64,000 nt of DNA from Eledone cirrhosa (Eukaryota): NCBI GenBank assembly GCA_964016885.1, contig OZ024747.1, positions 76,818,001-76,882,000 on the forward strand, written 5' to 3'. Positions 29,997 through 45,320 of this stretch are shown here, piece after piece; the first letter of the stretch is position 1, and each line of letters starts with the position of its first letter. The position numbers were made by a program, and so were the translations under genes. The notes below the pieces were generated by a model. It was not told the DNA's origin and made no database searches. It saw only the letters and a program-made list of their open reading frames with translations.

Positions 29997-31682
29997 ATTA
30001 TTGTAAAGAATCAGACACTCCTGAATGTTGTTCGGGATTACCCACCCTCAGATGTTTTCCCAGTGGCCTAGAGGTAATCTATAATAGTTAGTCAAGCTCA
30101 CCAACCTGGATCTGGTTCTCTCTAACCATTTTGTATACACAAGATCACCAACCCCATCACCACCACTACACCACCACCATCACCACTACAACACCACCAC
30201 CACAACACCACCATCACCACCACTACAACACCACTATGGCCTGTCGTATCATTAAGTGCTAGGCAATTGTGACCATCCATCCATCGATGGAAAATAAAAG
30301 ACTGCCCAGCATGTGACTGTGGGGACCCTGACCAGACAGTGCTGCATGTTGTTCGGGATTGCCCCCCCAGACATTTCCCCGGTGGCCTGGAGGTAATCCA
30401 TACTACAAATGAGCTGGATACAATCTATAATACTACAAATGACACCTTAGTCTGGCTCACCAATCACAATCTGTTTCTCTAACCATTGTACGTCATAAGA
30501 AGTGTTCCAGTTTAACAGACAGAACATTATGCTGGTGAAATTAAAGTAGATGTGGTTGAGTATTCCACAATAATGTATATACCTTTAATGTATCTCTCAG
30601 AGAGAATCATAGTGACATATCGTGTAACAACGCTGGTCTGTTGAATTAAGGGTACAATCCATTTGGTGGACTTCCAAACAGTCTCTGTCAACCCAATTTC
30701 ACTCAGAAGGATTTGGTTGGTCCGAGGTTATGGTAAATGACATATATACAAGAAGCTACACTGTGGGATCGAACCGGAGACATAATGATTACAAAAACTC
30801 TTTAACCATTCGTTCGGCCACGCTGCATCCACAATTATAGGGTTTCTTTTATGCAATCAATTGATTTATAAAAATGAAAATTTTCCAGTTTGTATGCTTG
30901 TTCATATATCCAGTAATCCTGGTATGACATACCAATCCAGGTATACATGACATACCAATCCTGGATACCAAACATTAAATGTGTTCAACACTACAACCAT
31001 CATTATTGGCAGCAGGGGTTCACTACTAAAGAATATAAAGAATGAAGATGTCAATATCTTATGGTCAGGTTCTTTCTAAACTATTGAAGAAACTTATTTA
31101 AAGGAGGATGTTACTTTTCTATTATTTTCAAAGACATTGATATATATATATAGCATGTAAAACTATTTTCATGTTAATACAGGCAAAGAGACAATCCATT
31201 AGTAAAGATTTATTGTTTATAAATTTGTAGATTAACACACACACACACTTTATATAGATGTGTATTCATATGTAAATATGTGTATATGCATCCCACTCTC
31301 TCTTGGTATATATATATATATATGTATTGAAAAGGTAAACAGAAATAACAACACAATCGGTACAGTATATGGAAGGGATATATTAGGTTAACGCTATATG
31401 TGTGTGTGTGCATACATATAGATATATGCATATATCTATATATGCATATACACATACACACATGTATACAAATATATACATACACACATATATATATATA
31501 TGCAAACACATATATATATACAGATACACATATATATACACATATACACATACACATATATATACACATACACATATATACATACACACATATTATGTAT
31601 ATATATATATAGATATAAAAAGACACAGGATTTAGTTAATTCGTCATAGAGAAGCAGTATTTAGCAGTTATTATGTCTAAAG

Positions 31683-31870
31683 GGTGGTGGATTGGCAGTA
31701 TCGGTAGAGGGTCGGGCGCCATGCTTTCCAGCATAGTTACGTCCCTTTACGATCTGAGTTCAAATCCCGCCGAGGTTGACTTTGCCTTTCATCCTTACGG
31801 GGTCGATAAAATAAAGTACCAGTAATGCACTGGGTAATTGCTGGCCTTGTGCCTAAAGTAGAAACAATTA
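31683..31870 (+). mobile_element. tRNA-derived SINE family 1 (Meta-core-like), full length
   Basis: A box tggcagtatcgg, B box gagttcaaatcc, core gcctttcatccttacggggtcgataaaat, tail ggccttgtgcc..aagtagaaacaatta; more than 10 copies in the window. Confidence 0.85.
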
Positions 31871-32249
31871 TGTCTAAAGTGAATTCCAAGAAGTATCTTA
31901 GTTCCTGTTTTACTGAAATTCAATCTGTAGCAGTTCTGATCACATTGACCTTTGAGGACATTTTGATGTGAATCCTTCTTGTCCCACTACCCTCATCAAG
32001 TCCACCAGCAATTACCTGTCACATCTCTGAATGACCTTACAAGGGTCAGCCGAATAGTTCATAAGCAGACTATGGAATGATGCTAGTGCTGTGAAATATT
32101 ACATGTATTAATTTCAACTCTTCTTATTAATAACTGCATTGTGTCTTTCCAGTGACTATGTTGAAAAATAAACCTCATTTGGTCATTCCATGAGAGTATC
32201 TTGGTCAGCCTATGAACCGTTCAGTCAACCCTAGTAATCTAATTTTTTA

Positions 32250-32475
32250 GCGGTGGGTAAGTAGAATCGTTAGTGTTTCGGATGAAATACCTTGCAGTGT
32301 TTATTCTGTTATGGCCTTCCACATTCTGAGTTCAAATACCACCGCGATTAACTTTACCTTTCATATTTCTGTGTTCAATAAAATAAAGTACCAGTCACGT
32401 ACTGGGGGTCGATGTAATCAACTTTTCCCTCCCCCACTCAAATGTTGGCTTTGTGTAAATGTTAGAAATAATTAT
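32250..32475 (+). mobile_element. SINE family 1, diverged subfamily
   Basis: ctgagttcaaatacc B box, aaaataaagtaccagt core, gttagaaataattat tail. Confidence 0.7.
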
Positions 32476-32959
32476 CTTTAGCCCTTTTGATATCAAACAG
32501 CCCATGGTTCTACAGTATTTAAATGTTTTTAAAGTGTTTATATTTTAAAAAATTACCATCTTGGTTTTATGTATGAACATCTGTTAAGTTACATTCCATG
32601 CTAAAATTTAATAATGAGAGAATTAGTTATACTATGAAACTCCTCTAAATTATTGATTGTTTTCTTTCATCGTAATTTCATGAAAGAATTTTTATACTTT
32701 TGTATTTCCAAAAAATATGACCAAGTCGTCAGGCTGGACCAAAGAAACAATGTTTCCATAGGTCTTTCATTGCTGATAATGTCTGTGTGTGTCGCAGCAC
32801 CAGAAGGAAGGAGCAACAGAAAATAAATTATTTTGTTCAAGTACACAATGTGCTACCTAGGCCAAGCAGAAATCAAACACACAACCTCATGTTCGTGTGT
32901 CCAACACTCTAACCACAAAGCCACAGTTTAATAAGAAAGTTAATATTAACTAAACACTT

Positions 32960-33630
32960 GTCCTCTCAAGGAAGCCTGTGCAGTGCACTCTACATGTGAA
33001 TGGAGTTCTACTGAAGCAGGTGGAGAAGTTCAAGTATCTCGAGACTGTTTTCATGAGTGATGGAAGACAGGAGGCTGAATTAATTGCAAGAATTGCAGGA
33101 GCTGATGCAGTAACGCGCCAGCTTCAGCATTCAGTAATCTAAAGAAGGGAGTTAGGTGTAAAAACCAAACTCGCCATCTTCAATTCAGTGTTCGTGTCAA
33201 CACTTACCTTTGGTCATGAATCTTGGGTAATGACCGAAAGAATACGATAGCAAATACAAGTGGCTGAAATGGGGTTCATCCAAAAGGTCTTTGGAGTAAC
33301 ACTCAATAGAATGTGTAGCTCAGAGAGTCACTCCTGGTAGAGCTGCTACTTCCCCGAATTGAGAGATCATAGCTCTGATACTATGGGCATGGAGTTAGAA
33401 TGTCTCAGGAAAGAACCACTGCACAGATTTTATGGGCAAAACCAACCAGAAGGAGACCCAGAGGTAGACCCCAAGGAAGCTGGTTGGATAACATCCATAA
33501 GTTTGGCTGGGCACACATGGGGATCAAGCTGGATCAGTTGGAGAGGGTTGCTTCTCACAGGACCTGCTGGAAGGAGCGTTTGAGGGTTCTTCCTCCATGA
33601 CCCTCTCAGGAATACGTGGAAGAAGAATTT
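32960..33630 (+). mobile_element. 5'-truncated RTE-clade LINE (Expander/Rex3-like), decayed
   Basis: LKQVEKFKYL..FMSDGRQEAEL.ARI..TKLAIFNSVFVSTLTFGHESWVMTERIR..AEMGF, then RRPRGRPQGSWLDNI; internal stops and frameshifts. Confidence 0.88.
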
Positions 33631-34442
33631 AAATTAACAAAATCCCACCAAATTCTTGATTATATTCAAAATTATTCAGAAATGATAAACAGTCTCCTTC
33701 ACTAAAGCTATGACACTGAAATGGTTAAAAACTCAACAAAATATCTCAATGTTTTTCCCTCTCTCCTTTCTGCAAACTCACATGTGTTAAAATGCTTTTT
33801 AAACCATAAACATTATTATCATTATTATTATTATTAAGGATTTTTTAACATTAATCTAATTTTTTTATTTTATTTTAGAAGTAAACTCCTCCTCTCTTGC
33901 CCCCCCCCCCCCCCCCCAAAGATACAAACACTCACACACACAAAAAACAATGAAATAAAAAAAGATGATAATAATAATAATAATAATCCAACAGTAAAAT
34001 TTGTTATTTTTATCTCAATATTTGTCTGTGAAAGAAACTATGACAGGTGATATACATAGATTATTAAACAAAACAAAATTATATAAAAAAAAAAAAACAG
34101 AAAAGAAAAAAAAAATACAAATAAAAACGAGAAATTATTTAAAAAAAAAAAAAAATTCTTTAAAATAGCAAGCAATGATTTGCTGCGGAGATAAAACACA
34201 GACAGGTGAGGAGGAGGGAGACAATGATAGCGCATTAAAAAAAAATGGGAAAATTTACTATGAAGAAAACAAGAGATCCATTTGAAAGAGATGGAAAAAA
34301 AAAACAGCAAAAAAAAAAAAAATAATAATAATAAATGAAAAGATAAAATACACCGGGGCTTATATGCTGCTATCTACCAAGATATTTCTTTGAACCTTAA
34401 CACTGTTGTACTGAGTTTAACTGAACCATTTCTGGGGAGAGG

Positions 34443-34480
<38 letters not shown>

Positions 34481-35196
34481 TTAACACAAAAGTTTAGAGT
34501 TTAGACTTTATTCTAAAAAAATTCATTTTCCTTTCATTTTTTTTTTTGTTTGTTTGTTTCATTTACCCTTTTTGGGGGGAAATCCTTAGTTTAAGATTTT
34601 AAACCTAATTCATTTTTTGAACTTTAGAATATTTCCAACCTTCCAAAAGACAGCTAACCATTATTATTATTTCTATTATGAAATTTCCATTGGCCCTATA
34701 ATTATCAATATTTCATATTCCCTTTCAAATCAAATCATTAACATTAGAGCTCTTATTCTTTTGTGTTGTCTTTTACCTGTTTAGCCCATTGGCTGTTTAT
34801 TTATATTTTTTCATAGTTTGGAATAAAAAATGTAGAACCCAGTTCAGTAATTCTTTAAATTTGTTCTAGAGTCAAGACGAAAAAAAATTTTTCTTTTCTA
34901 ATCCTGAAAATGGGGTAGCAGAGTTCTCAGCCCTCAAGAAGAGGGGGTTCCAGATACGTTTAGTCCCCCATTTCTCACCTTAATTAACAGACATGATGTA
35001 GGGCAGATACCATATTGTGCCCCATTCAAACCTGCAATTGGCTGGGATAAGATAATGGGTGAACAATTGCATCTTACCTCACCTTGGACTTACCCCTTGC
35101 TACACCGCCTCTTGGAATAATTGTTGCAAGGTATGCTGGTTGAAATGTTTCGGTTCCATGTATTATATATATATATATATATATCCATATGTGGTC

Positions 35197-35244
35197 CTTG
35201 TCTGATGACACTAAGATAAACAGGTGAAACTCCAGAGTAACAAG
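35197..35244 (+). ncRNA. Minimal type I hammerhead ribozyme between two (TA)n tracts
   Basis: cttgt-CTGATGA-cactaagataaacaggt-GAAA-ctccagag-TA-acaag; stem I perfect and extendable, stem III ctc/gag, stem II weak. Confidence 0.7.
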
Positions 35245-35257
35245 ACTCACTATGTAG

Positions 35258-35318
<61 letters not shown>

Positions 35319-36300
35319 TTTTTTTTAATAATGTTAGTTAGAATGGGTGTCACCTTCAATTACATCTTGGAAAAAAACAACATTATGTGAAAAAAATAAT
35401 AAAAACAAATAAAACAAAGAATAAGATATGAAACAGGAAGTCCTTTTGCCCTCGTATCTATGGGAGCTTTTAGTCAAAATGTTGAAGATAGAATTATAAA
35501 GTAAACCAGCAGAATGTGAAATGGATGAATTATTAATATATGATGCCAAGTTCTTTTACAAGAGTTCAGTGATATTGTTTTTGTTTGTTTGTTTATCTTC
35601 TCAAAAAATTGTTCATTCAGGAGAGAGAGAGAGAGACATAAAGATAGAGACAGAGAGATAGATAGAAACACAGCTAGATAGATAGATAGAGAGAGAGAGA
35701 GAACGGGGGGGGGGGGGAGATAGATAGATAGAAAGAGTTAGATAAGTAGAGACAGAAAGATAGATAAATATAAAGAGGAAAATGTTAAGTTGGCAAAAAC
35801 AAAACAAAATAATAATAATAATAATAAAATATACAAAAATAAAAATAGAAAGAACAGAAAGAGAGCAACAAGCACATAACCATTTCAACAAGTAAGACAG
35901 TGTCCTCGGGGTAATATCAAGCAGAATGTAACCCCAGCCCAAGACCAGCCCAGTCCATTGATGAAGTCTCATTTGCAGACATGTTTAAGCAAGTTCTAAT
36001 ATGAAATAGTTTGAGGAGTGGGAGGATGAGGGCGGAGAAGCCCAGGCCAGAGAAAATATTCTGATCACGGATAATTTCTTGGACCTCATCTGTACAGAGT
36101 TTTCCAAATGTTTTTTTTTGTTTTGTTTTTTTATTACAAAAAAAAAAAAGCAAGGAGAGAGAGGCAGGTGTTTGCTATGTTTGTGTATTATCTTTTTTAT
36201 CATTATCAGCAATTTTGCTATTGTCATAAACCATTTATATTTTTGCCTATTAAAGACCGAGGCTGTTACAAGCTTATATATATATATAACACTATATATA

Positions 36301-36333
<33 letters not shown>

Positions 36334-36467
36334 GGAGACAAGGAAGTGAAATATCTTTTATATATCAAATGGTAGGTATCACAATAAGCCAATGATACAT
36401 CCTTTCTACCTTATGGGATATCACGATTGGTAGAAATTTACATCGTTTACACATTGAGATACCTGGG

Positions 36468-36800
<333 letters not shown>

Positions 36801-37571
36801 TCCGATTTGAAGAAAGTCGATCGTTCCTAGATATATATATATATGCACTGCAATCTTGTTGGTTTTAGGAAGGGCATCCAACCATAGAAACCAAGCTGAA
36901 AGTAGATTATATGAGCAAGATTTCTTCACCTGATGTTTATATATATATATATATATATAAGTAAATATGTTTGTATATAACACATATATATGCAAATATA
37001 TATAGCTATTGGTTCTGCATGAAATATATACTAAGAGGAAAAGATAGAATTTCAGTGATCTATAACAGGTGTTTTGTACAAACATTCATCCACACATCTC
37101 AGACACCCAAGGGTAGGAGTGGAGCACACACATGTACATACACCATATATATACACAGACACACCACACACACACCACACATACACATACCACATGTAAA
37201 TTGTACACACACACACCATACACACAGGTGTATTATTGACAGGCTATTATCAATGTTGTTCTACTTGTTTTCTATTGTTTATGTAAACTGTCTTCCCTCA
37301 CCTGAAATCAACTTAAAAACTTGAAAAGAATAGCTTTCTATCTCCTGTTACTGAGGGGCAAGAGATATTTTATTTTTATTAGAAATTTATTCTTTGTTCG
37401 TATTAATGTAACATAAATTCCAATTATTTAGTTCTCCTCCTCCACCACCCCACAACACCTCACCCAATGCATACAACATGTCTGATGCTCTCTTGTATTA
37501 GAATAAACTAAATGCAGCCCTAGACAACTACTGATGTTCTGTAGCAGTAGAAACCACCACTGCTGATCTGA

Positions 37572-37947
37572 TCCATTGCAGTAGAAAATTACTACTGCTC
37601 CATTGCAGTAGAAAATTACTACTGCTCCATTGCAGTAGAAAATTACTACTGCTCCATTGCAGTAGAAAATCACTACTGCTCCATTGCAGTAGAAAATTAC
37701 CACTGCTGATCCATTGCAGTAGAAAATTACTACTGCTCTGTTGCAGTAGAAAAGAATTACTACTGCTCCATTGCAGTAGAAAATTACTACTGCTCCATTG
37801 CAGTAGAAAATTACTACTGTTCCATTGCAGTAGAAAATTACTACTGTTCCATTGCAGTAGAAAATCACTACTGTTCCATTGCAGTAGAACATTACTACTG
37901 TTCCATTGCAGTAGAAAATCACTACTGTTCCATTGCAGTAGAAAATT
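37572..37947. repeat. 27-bp minisatellite, about 14 copies
   Basis: ccattgcagtagaaaattactactgct; a 39-bp x4 array follows at 38190-38345. Confidence 0.95.
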
Positions 37948-39023
37948 AAAGCTGTAGATATCTTTTGTTCTGTAACATAGTTATCATAGAGTTAGATTGA
38001 CAAGAGTTCAGACCTCATTTGTTTACAGAATGAGAGTGGAACTCGTCAAGTTGGACCAAGGAAACAATGTTTCCATTTCTGATACTATCTACAGGTTGCA
38101 GTAGAAGATAATTGTTGTTCCTCTGCAGTAGCAGAAAAATAAACTAATTTATCTCTAGCAGTACAAGATAAGTGATGCTGTCCCCTTCCCTCAGTAACAA
38201 CAGATGCTACTCCACAACACCACTATGCCTCCCCAGTAACAACAGATGCCACTCCACACCACCTTGCCTCCCCAGTAACAAGAGACACCATTCCACACCA
38301 CCTTTCCTCTCCAGTAACAACAGATGCCACTCCACACCGCCCATGTCTTCATATATCCGTATAAGATATCTTCCTAGAAAGTTAGCAAGTCAGAGACTGG
38401 AAATTTTAACAACAGCAACAACAAGAACAGCACTCCTCCATATTCAGTATTTGCCAGAGACAGCTGAAGGAAATGATGATGATGATAATGATGATAATGG
38501 GGGAGAAATGATTGTGATGGACGAAAGAAGATGAAAGCAAATGTATTAGTAGTAGTAGCAGTTGTAGTAGTAGTATTAGTGCTGCTGCTGGTGGTGGTGC
38601 CCCCAAAAAGCCAAAAAAAAAGAAACTAATAAAAAACAACTTAATCAGAAAAAAATATAGAGAAAACCTGAAGGTAATTGAGAGAAGAAGTGTGTTAGGT
38701 GAGAGGTGTGAATAATGTTAACTTTAATGAGTAGAATTTCTTTCCATTGTTATGTTTCAAGTCTATTTTATTATCGTTCTCCATAAGATGAAAATCAAAG
38801 CAAGTGTTGGCAACAAGTCGTAGAAAGCATCCTAACAAATCTACATTTTAAAAAGATTTAGACATTATTTTAGTCATATTTTTCAACTTAAATCTATTTA
38901 AATATGTCGCTGTGATTTATTTGTTGTTGCTGTTGTTGTTATAGTGTTATTTTTTTCTTTATTCTCTTCCTCTTTTTAAAAGTTTTTCGCTGTTTCTCTT
39001 TTTTTTTTCCATTCTCTCAGCCA

Positions 39024-40105
39024 TTACGTATCCCTTTCTTTTTTAATTTTTAGTTCCTTGTATTCTTCCCCTAAAATTGTGGCAATTTCATTTTGCATGA
39101 AAGCCCAAGGGACATTGGATCCAACCAATGGACATTTATTTTTACTGGGACAATAAACCTCGGAACCTGCTCCTTGCTCCTTAATACTGTTTCTTGAGCA
39201 AGGGAAACAGAACTTGTGCTCCGATACAGACGGACATTGGACAAAATGCGTGTCTTCAAGACGTTGATTACATATCGTGCATTTGAGGGATTCTGTGCTT
39301 GGTACAGTTGATTCTGGCATTGTACTGCCAACACCACTGTCTGATACTGGTGCTGCCTGGTTTGGCCGGTTCTTCTGTAAATTACTGTTTGGGGAATGGG
39401 CACTGTGACGCAAACCATGAGAACGTGTCTGAATGTTCTCTCCCCGGCTCGGAGATGCAGGGGTCAAATTATCAGTAACGTTCATTAGTGCAGCCATCGG
39501 AGATGGACCACCTTGACATGCATTCGAGTTGCCATCAGGGGGTGTCGGTGTTAAATTGCTGCTCATTGGTGACACAGACGTAGAACTTGGCGGGCCTGAC
39601 CCGTAGCCAGCAGTTGCAATAGTTAGTTTCAGGGCCTCAGCCTGGTTCTGCATCCACTGTTGACGTTTATGCTGTTCATCTGTTAATTTACCACCAATAT
39701 CACTGTCAGGCTCAGGACTGCACTTACGTTTGCGGATCTGGTTATCTGTATACATGCGCTGTGTTGGCATAGTTATGCACTGTTTCAGTGGAGGGGGAAG
39801 TCCACGTGTTGCATAATTTGGCAAAGGTGGCAGATTGTTGTCAATGTGTGGTGTTGGCAGCGTTTCTCTCTTGATTTGTTCTTTAAAAAATCGAACGGAT
39901 TCAGGTAAGAGTTCTCCCAACAGACGCCAATCTCCTGAAGCATGTTTCATTTCATATTCGAGATACTTGAAACCTGATGACAACCCCTTGCCAAAATCTT
40001 TCATACAATCTTGGTACATCTGTTTTGCAACACCTGAAGCACTGTTGTAGACATTGTTGGAACCAGAAGGATATTCTATGTAAATCTTCAATTCATATTC
40101 AGCAC
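39024..40105 (-). CDS. IRF2BPL: Last coding exon of an interferon regulatory factor 2-binding protein (IRF2BP/IRF2BPL/EAP1 family) with C-terminal C3HC4 RING finger
   Basis: Translation contains the family middle domain [71 protein letters not shown], the GPSPMAALM motif and the [69 protein letters not shown]. Splice acceptor ctcttttgattttgcag|GT (phase 1) at 40106-40108, so the ORF-track start at 40163 is intronic. No N-terminal zinc-finger exon was found in the window. Confidence 0.95.
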
Positions 40106-40670
40106 CTGCAAAATCAAAAGAGAGTATTGTTAAAATCTTCAATAAACAATTATTATAAACCAATATAAACTTTTAAACAAATTACTGATAGTTAGTAGTG
40201 TTTGTTTCTGAGGCTTTGGTATACTATAAAATAAACCTATATATTTTACTGAAACTAACCAATAAGAATGCATCAAATATTCTAATAGTGTTGCCAAACT
40301 AAGGACCACCTCTCCTGTGCACTCAGTAGAATGTGAAACTGTACATAAGTGAAGGTGTAATCCTACCAATATCTTGTTCAGGGTGAAATTTATAATAAAA
40401 ACTTCTTAGAAATGTCCAATATATCTAATTAATAATTAGTTTACACATGCAGTGACAGCTAACAACTATATGTTTATTCTGTAATCTATTATAACAATAT
40501 AAACAGTATTATAAATAAATTTCAGAGAGAACACAACAGATTGTAAGTTTACAATAAGAAGAAAAGTAAAAACATTGGTGAAGAAGATGAGCTCTAAATT
40601 CAAAGAATTGTGAGTTCACATTGACAACTGGAGTTGTTACATAATGTATGTATATTCAATAAAAGAATAT

Positions 40671-40740
<70 letters not shown>

Positions 40741-40746
<6 letters not shown>

Positions 40747-40813
40747 TTTATTATGGCTAAGTGGTGAAACTCCAGAGTAACAAGACTCACTACTTAGCCA
40801 TAATAAAAGAATA
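40741..40813 (+). mobile_element. 5'-truncated fold-back copy of the 35.2 kb HHR element
   Basis: ggtgaaactccagagtaacaagactcacta is identical to 35223-35252; enclosed by inverted arms ttattatggctaagtggtga/tcactacttagccataataa; abuts (TA)n. Confidence 0.75.
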
Positions 40814-41649
40814 TTTAAACTCTACTTTGCTATACAGTGCTCTTTCTCGTATCCATCAATAATATACAGCTATATAGATAGATATACAACAAGGTTCTGC
40901 ACAGTTTTTCATCTACCAGATTTTACATGCAAGGCAACGATCAATTGAGGTTATAGTGGAAGAGATGTGCTCAAGGTAGCAGGCTCAGTGATAAAACCTT
41001 GATGTAACAAACCTCTTAACCACCACAACTATCAAATCAAGAAAATAATTCAACAAGGCATATATACAAAACCAACTTAACAACAAAACAAAATTCCTCC
41101 AAAATATTCTAGAAGTAAATTAACTTTGTAATTAATCAGTTAAAAACTAATAAGTTAATTAGTTAAGACATTTAGGAATTCAAATAACCATTTCCAGAAG
41201 TTTTGAAATTCCAATAGATATCTGCAACTTAATGAATTTTAATTTGTACAAATTGAATGCATTTAATTAGAAATCTGAATGAAGCTGAAGCTATTAATTA
41301 AAGTGATCAAAATGTTTAATAATCAACAGTTAACGAGATCTTAGGAGCTATGAACATGTGTCTGTCATTCTAGTTTTAAAGTGAGCCATTCTATCCATTT
41401 GTCTCAATCATTTGGCTTTATTGAGAAGGTTGTCGGTCACCTCTCACTTGCAAAGACTTAATATTCTCGTATAAACTAACACAAGGAATCCTACTTAAAC
41501 GTTTAATGTCCTGTACCACATGAAACCACATTAGCAAGACATTCTTGAAAAGTACAAAACTACTATAACTGCTTCACATTAAAAAAGCTTAAATCTTTAC
41601 TTTAATTTACAGTAATTGTTCATAGGGATGTCTTGAAGTAAAGACACTT

Positions 41650-41973
41650 TATAACTGGCACTCCACCGGTTATACCAACTGTTCCAATTGATACAATCAG
41701 CGGAAGAGCCTACTCATAAAATTAACATGCAAGCGGTTCAACACTCCACAAACACATGTACTTTTAACTTAATTCTCAGGAAGATTCAACATAACACAGT
41801 ATGTGACAGGGTTGGTTGTTCAAATTTCAGGTACAACTTATCTTTGGCTGCTGAGTGGACTGGAACAATGTGAAAATAATGTCTTGCTTAAGAAAAAAAC
41901 ACAACACAGGGAATCGAACTAACACCTAACAATCATGAGCTGAATACCCTAACCACTAAGCCATGCACCTCAC
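41650..41973 (-). mobile_element. SINE family 2 copy with RTE-like tail
   Basis: Head gaggtgcatggcttagtggttagggtattc; related partial copies at 46217-46345 (+) and 54960-55126 (-). Confidence 0.7.
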
Positions 41974-41981
41974 AATGACAC

Positions 41982-42012
<31 letters not shown>

Positions 42013-42210
42013 TTATATATATGTTTGTGTATATATATATATATACACATGTGCTAAACGTTGTAGCATATATAAACACACACACACACATATATGTATA
42101 AATACATAAATTATATATATACACACACATATATGTATATATATCTATACACAAAGGTGTGTGTGCATATTAAATGTTGTAGCATATAATGGACAAACAG
42201 AAAGAGAGAG

Positions 42211-42269
<59 letters not shown>

Positions 42270-42994
42270 TCAATATATGTAAATGTGGCTAGCAGCTGTC
42301 ACCCAAGATAAGTTCAAAATACTTGTCTTTATCTTTAAATGAAGTTTTTCAAGTTTATAGATTTTAAACAATTTACCAGTGATGATCAAACGTAAATAAT
42401 TTTGTACAGTTTTTCTATAATAAGTAAATATGCCACCATCTGGAAAGTGGAAAAACCTCTTAAATATTTAAAAGACATATTTTATTAAAGTTGTAGTCAC
42501 GTTTTCAACATAATAAATATATGTTTAGAGCCATACTCGTACACGATTTCATACTTGTATGTGGTTACTTATAATAAACGTCCATACAGTTTTGGTGTAG
42601 GTGGCAAATTAGCGCAGTCATTAGAACATCAGATAGAATGTTTTATGGTATTTATTCCCAGCTCTTGGCTCACTCAGTTTCAATCCCACTGAGGTCGGCT
42701 TTGCCTTTCATTCATTCGAGGTCGATAAAAAAGTACCAGTCTAGTATTGAGGTTGATTCTTCCTCTATATCTTTTTTTCACGTCCATTCTTTCACTCTCT
42801 ATTCTTCCCTGGAAGAAATCTGCTGTATACAGACCTAGAGAGGAGATGTTCTCTGCCACATGTTAAAAAATTTCCCAGAAATGCCACATGTCAACATGTC
42901 CCTTTCAATTACAGGTACAACTTATTTTTGCCAGCTGAGTCAACTAGTGGAGTCATAGTGGCACCATCATATGGCGGGTCTAGGGCACTTTCAA

Positions 42995-43215
42995 CCCTTT
43001 ACCATTTACATTACTCTATATATACTGTTGTATTTTCATGGTAAAGGCTTTATCTTACAGTATTATCTTATATAATATTGAATCTATGAGATTTTGATAT
43101 TATTTATTTTGAAAACAATACCTTATCATCAGTATGAGCAGCTAGTTACAGCTGGTTTGAACAGAAAGAGATGAGAGAATTCTGACCGGATACAGCCAGT
43201 TTAAATGCTAAAGGG
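42995..43215. mobile_element. piggyBac-type MITE (same family)
   Basis: ccctttaccattta...taaatgctaaaggg-ttaa. Confidence 0.8.
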
Positions 43216-43649
43216 TTAAACCTAGCAGAGTCCAATACTCTCCAGGTCTGAACACAGCTGTGTTCAGTCAACGAGACCAATGTGAGATATACCACCAGGA
43301 ATCAATCTCTCGGCCTGATGATTCTCAGCTGAATACCCTAACCAGTAAGCCATGTAATTTCCCATGACTATAACAACTACCTTACATCATGGTTAACATG
43401 TATATACTTGTACATGTGAGTCTGTGTGTGTGTGTGTGTGTGTAAACATGCACCTGCATGTGAGTCTTTGTGAAAGACACATTGACATATACACATTATA
43501 TAATTATATAATCAGAAATAAATACACACTCACACACACTCACACACACACACACACACTATACTGTATTAAGAAGGTAGCAGCATCAGTGAAACTTTGA
43601 AGCAAACAATCACTATTGATAATATATATTATTCTATAAATTATATATG

Positions 43650-43682
<33 letters not shown>

Positions 43683-44130
43683 CCGAGTGTGTGTACATGT
43701 GTGTATTCACTTTTTGTGCAAGTGTATATATATGTATGTGTGTGTGTGTGTGTGTGCATGTATAAATACAGACTGTCAGATATCTATAAATATAGGAGCA
43801 CCCAGCACACATGCATGTAAAATAGCATTTGAGCACGTCATAGAGTAGTATGGATCAGACCACTAGTGAAGTTGTGTCACAGATATCACGCAACAGTGAA
43901 CATGCTAAGCACCTGCCTTCCTTAAACAGAAAAGTGTCAGAAATGTGCTTATATGTGTGATGTGACGTACAGACATATATAAAGACTGACTCAACTATAA
44001 CTGCTAATCTCTCTCTCTGCTAACAAGTTAACTACTGTGCATTTAAATTGTATAGTGTGAAAAGACTTTTCATAGATGTGTGTTTATGTGTATGTATAAT
44101 ATATATATATATATATATATATAGTTCATT

Positions 44131-44210
<80 letters not shown>

Positions 44211-44489
44211 CTATATATAAATACATATATAATGTGAGTAATAATAAATATTACCCAGTTACAAGTATGACAATAGCTGGATGTAAAATGACGAGTATAC
44301 TACAGAGTGAAATACAATGTAAATGAACAATTAAAGAGTATTTAAACTTTCAAACATTTAATCACAATCTTTTCATTGTAGCACAAGGCTGGAATCATCA
44401 GAGTTGATAACAAAAGTCAAACACAAATATATCAAAACTTTGTCACAAGAATATATATATACATATATATGCATGTCTATTCTCTGTCA

Positions 44490-44720
44490 TGCATTGAGGG
44501 GTCTCCGTGTTGTGACCAGTCCAAGTTTTTGATATTGCCAAACCAGGATTTCTTCGCCTCTTCTTCACCCTCTTTCAACTGTGCTCTGAAAGATGGTTTT
44601 AGACAAGAAGTTGTGGCTGGATACATGATCATACCAGGCAAGCCTCTGTCTTTTCACCATTGCAAGGAGTGGTTTCTGTCTGCCAGCATATTTGTTAACA
44701 AAGCTGTTTGTTTTGTGTTG
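44490..44720 (-). mobile_element. RTE-clade LINE 3' fragment
   Basis: GRQKPLLAMVKRQRLAWYDHVSSHNFLSKTIFQSTVERG*RRG..KSWFGNIK. Confidence 0.75.
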
Positions 44721-45320
44721 TCTTATGTCCCTCAAAAGGAAAAAATATAAAGTTGCTCAGTGATCCGGGACAAAATACTGAGTCATTTAAAGCAACAATC
44801 TAACAACACTGATAATTTGTCTTGGCAACCTTAGTAAATGTATAAAAGTAACACTTTTGTATATCATTTCCTTCTAAAATTATAAATATACTGTATATAC
44901 TAGAATATAAGCCAAGTAATATGTGACTAAATATCGATGGTAAAATGGGAAGTTGGTTTATATACACCATCTAAACAATGTGTTGATTAACTGCCTCGGT
45001 TTATAAATGACATTTGGAGTTATGCCCATTTCTCAGACATAAAATAAGAGACCAGCTTATGTATATATGGTAAATTTCAACTTTGCTACATTTAGCCATG
45101 TTGGATATTTTTGAATTCATAAAAGTGAAGAAATCTGTGAGTATGCTGCGATAAGTGATAAATTCTGACATTTTGTTACAAGGTTAGAAACAAAATGTCA
45201 AGTCAGTATTCACTTTTCTTAATGAATTGATTCTAATTTATTCTACAAATGTTAAAAGCTAGTTTTTATGTCATCACTATAGATCACGAGTTTCAACAAA
45301 TTTCAGTTTGTTTTCCTTAA

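Noticed and set aside
31683-31780. tRNA-like A and B boxes here and in other SINE heads
   Set aside because: No cloverleaf; they are SINE heads with shared core and tail, not tRNA genes.
37428-37922. 164-aa ORF of repeated IFYCNGAVV
   Set aside because: Product of a 27-bp minisatellite downstream of IRF2BP; no other coding support.
40106-40163. N-terminal [19 protein letters not shown] of the IRF2BP ORF
   Set aside because: Intronic polypyrimidine tract upstream of the splice acceptor.
44365-44405. CTGATGA...GAAA on the minus strand
   Set aside because: No stem I or III; overlaps a SINE tail remnant.
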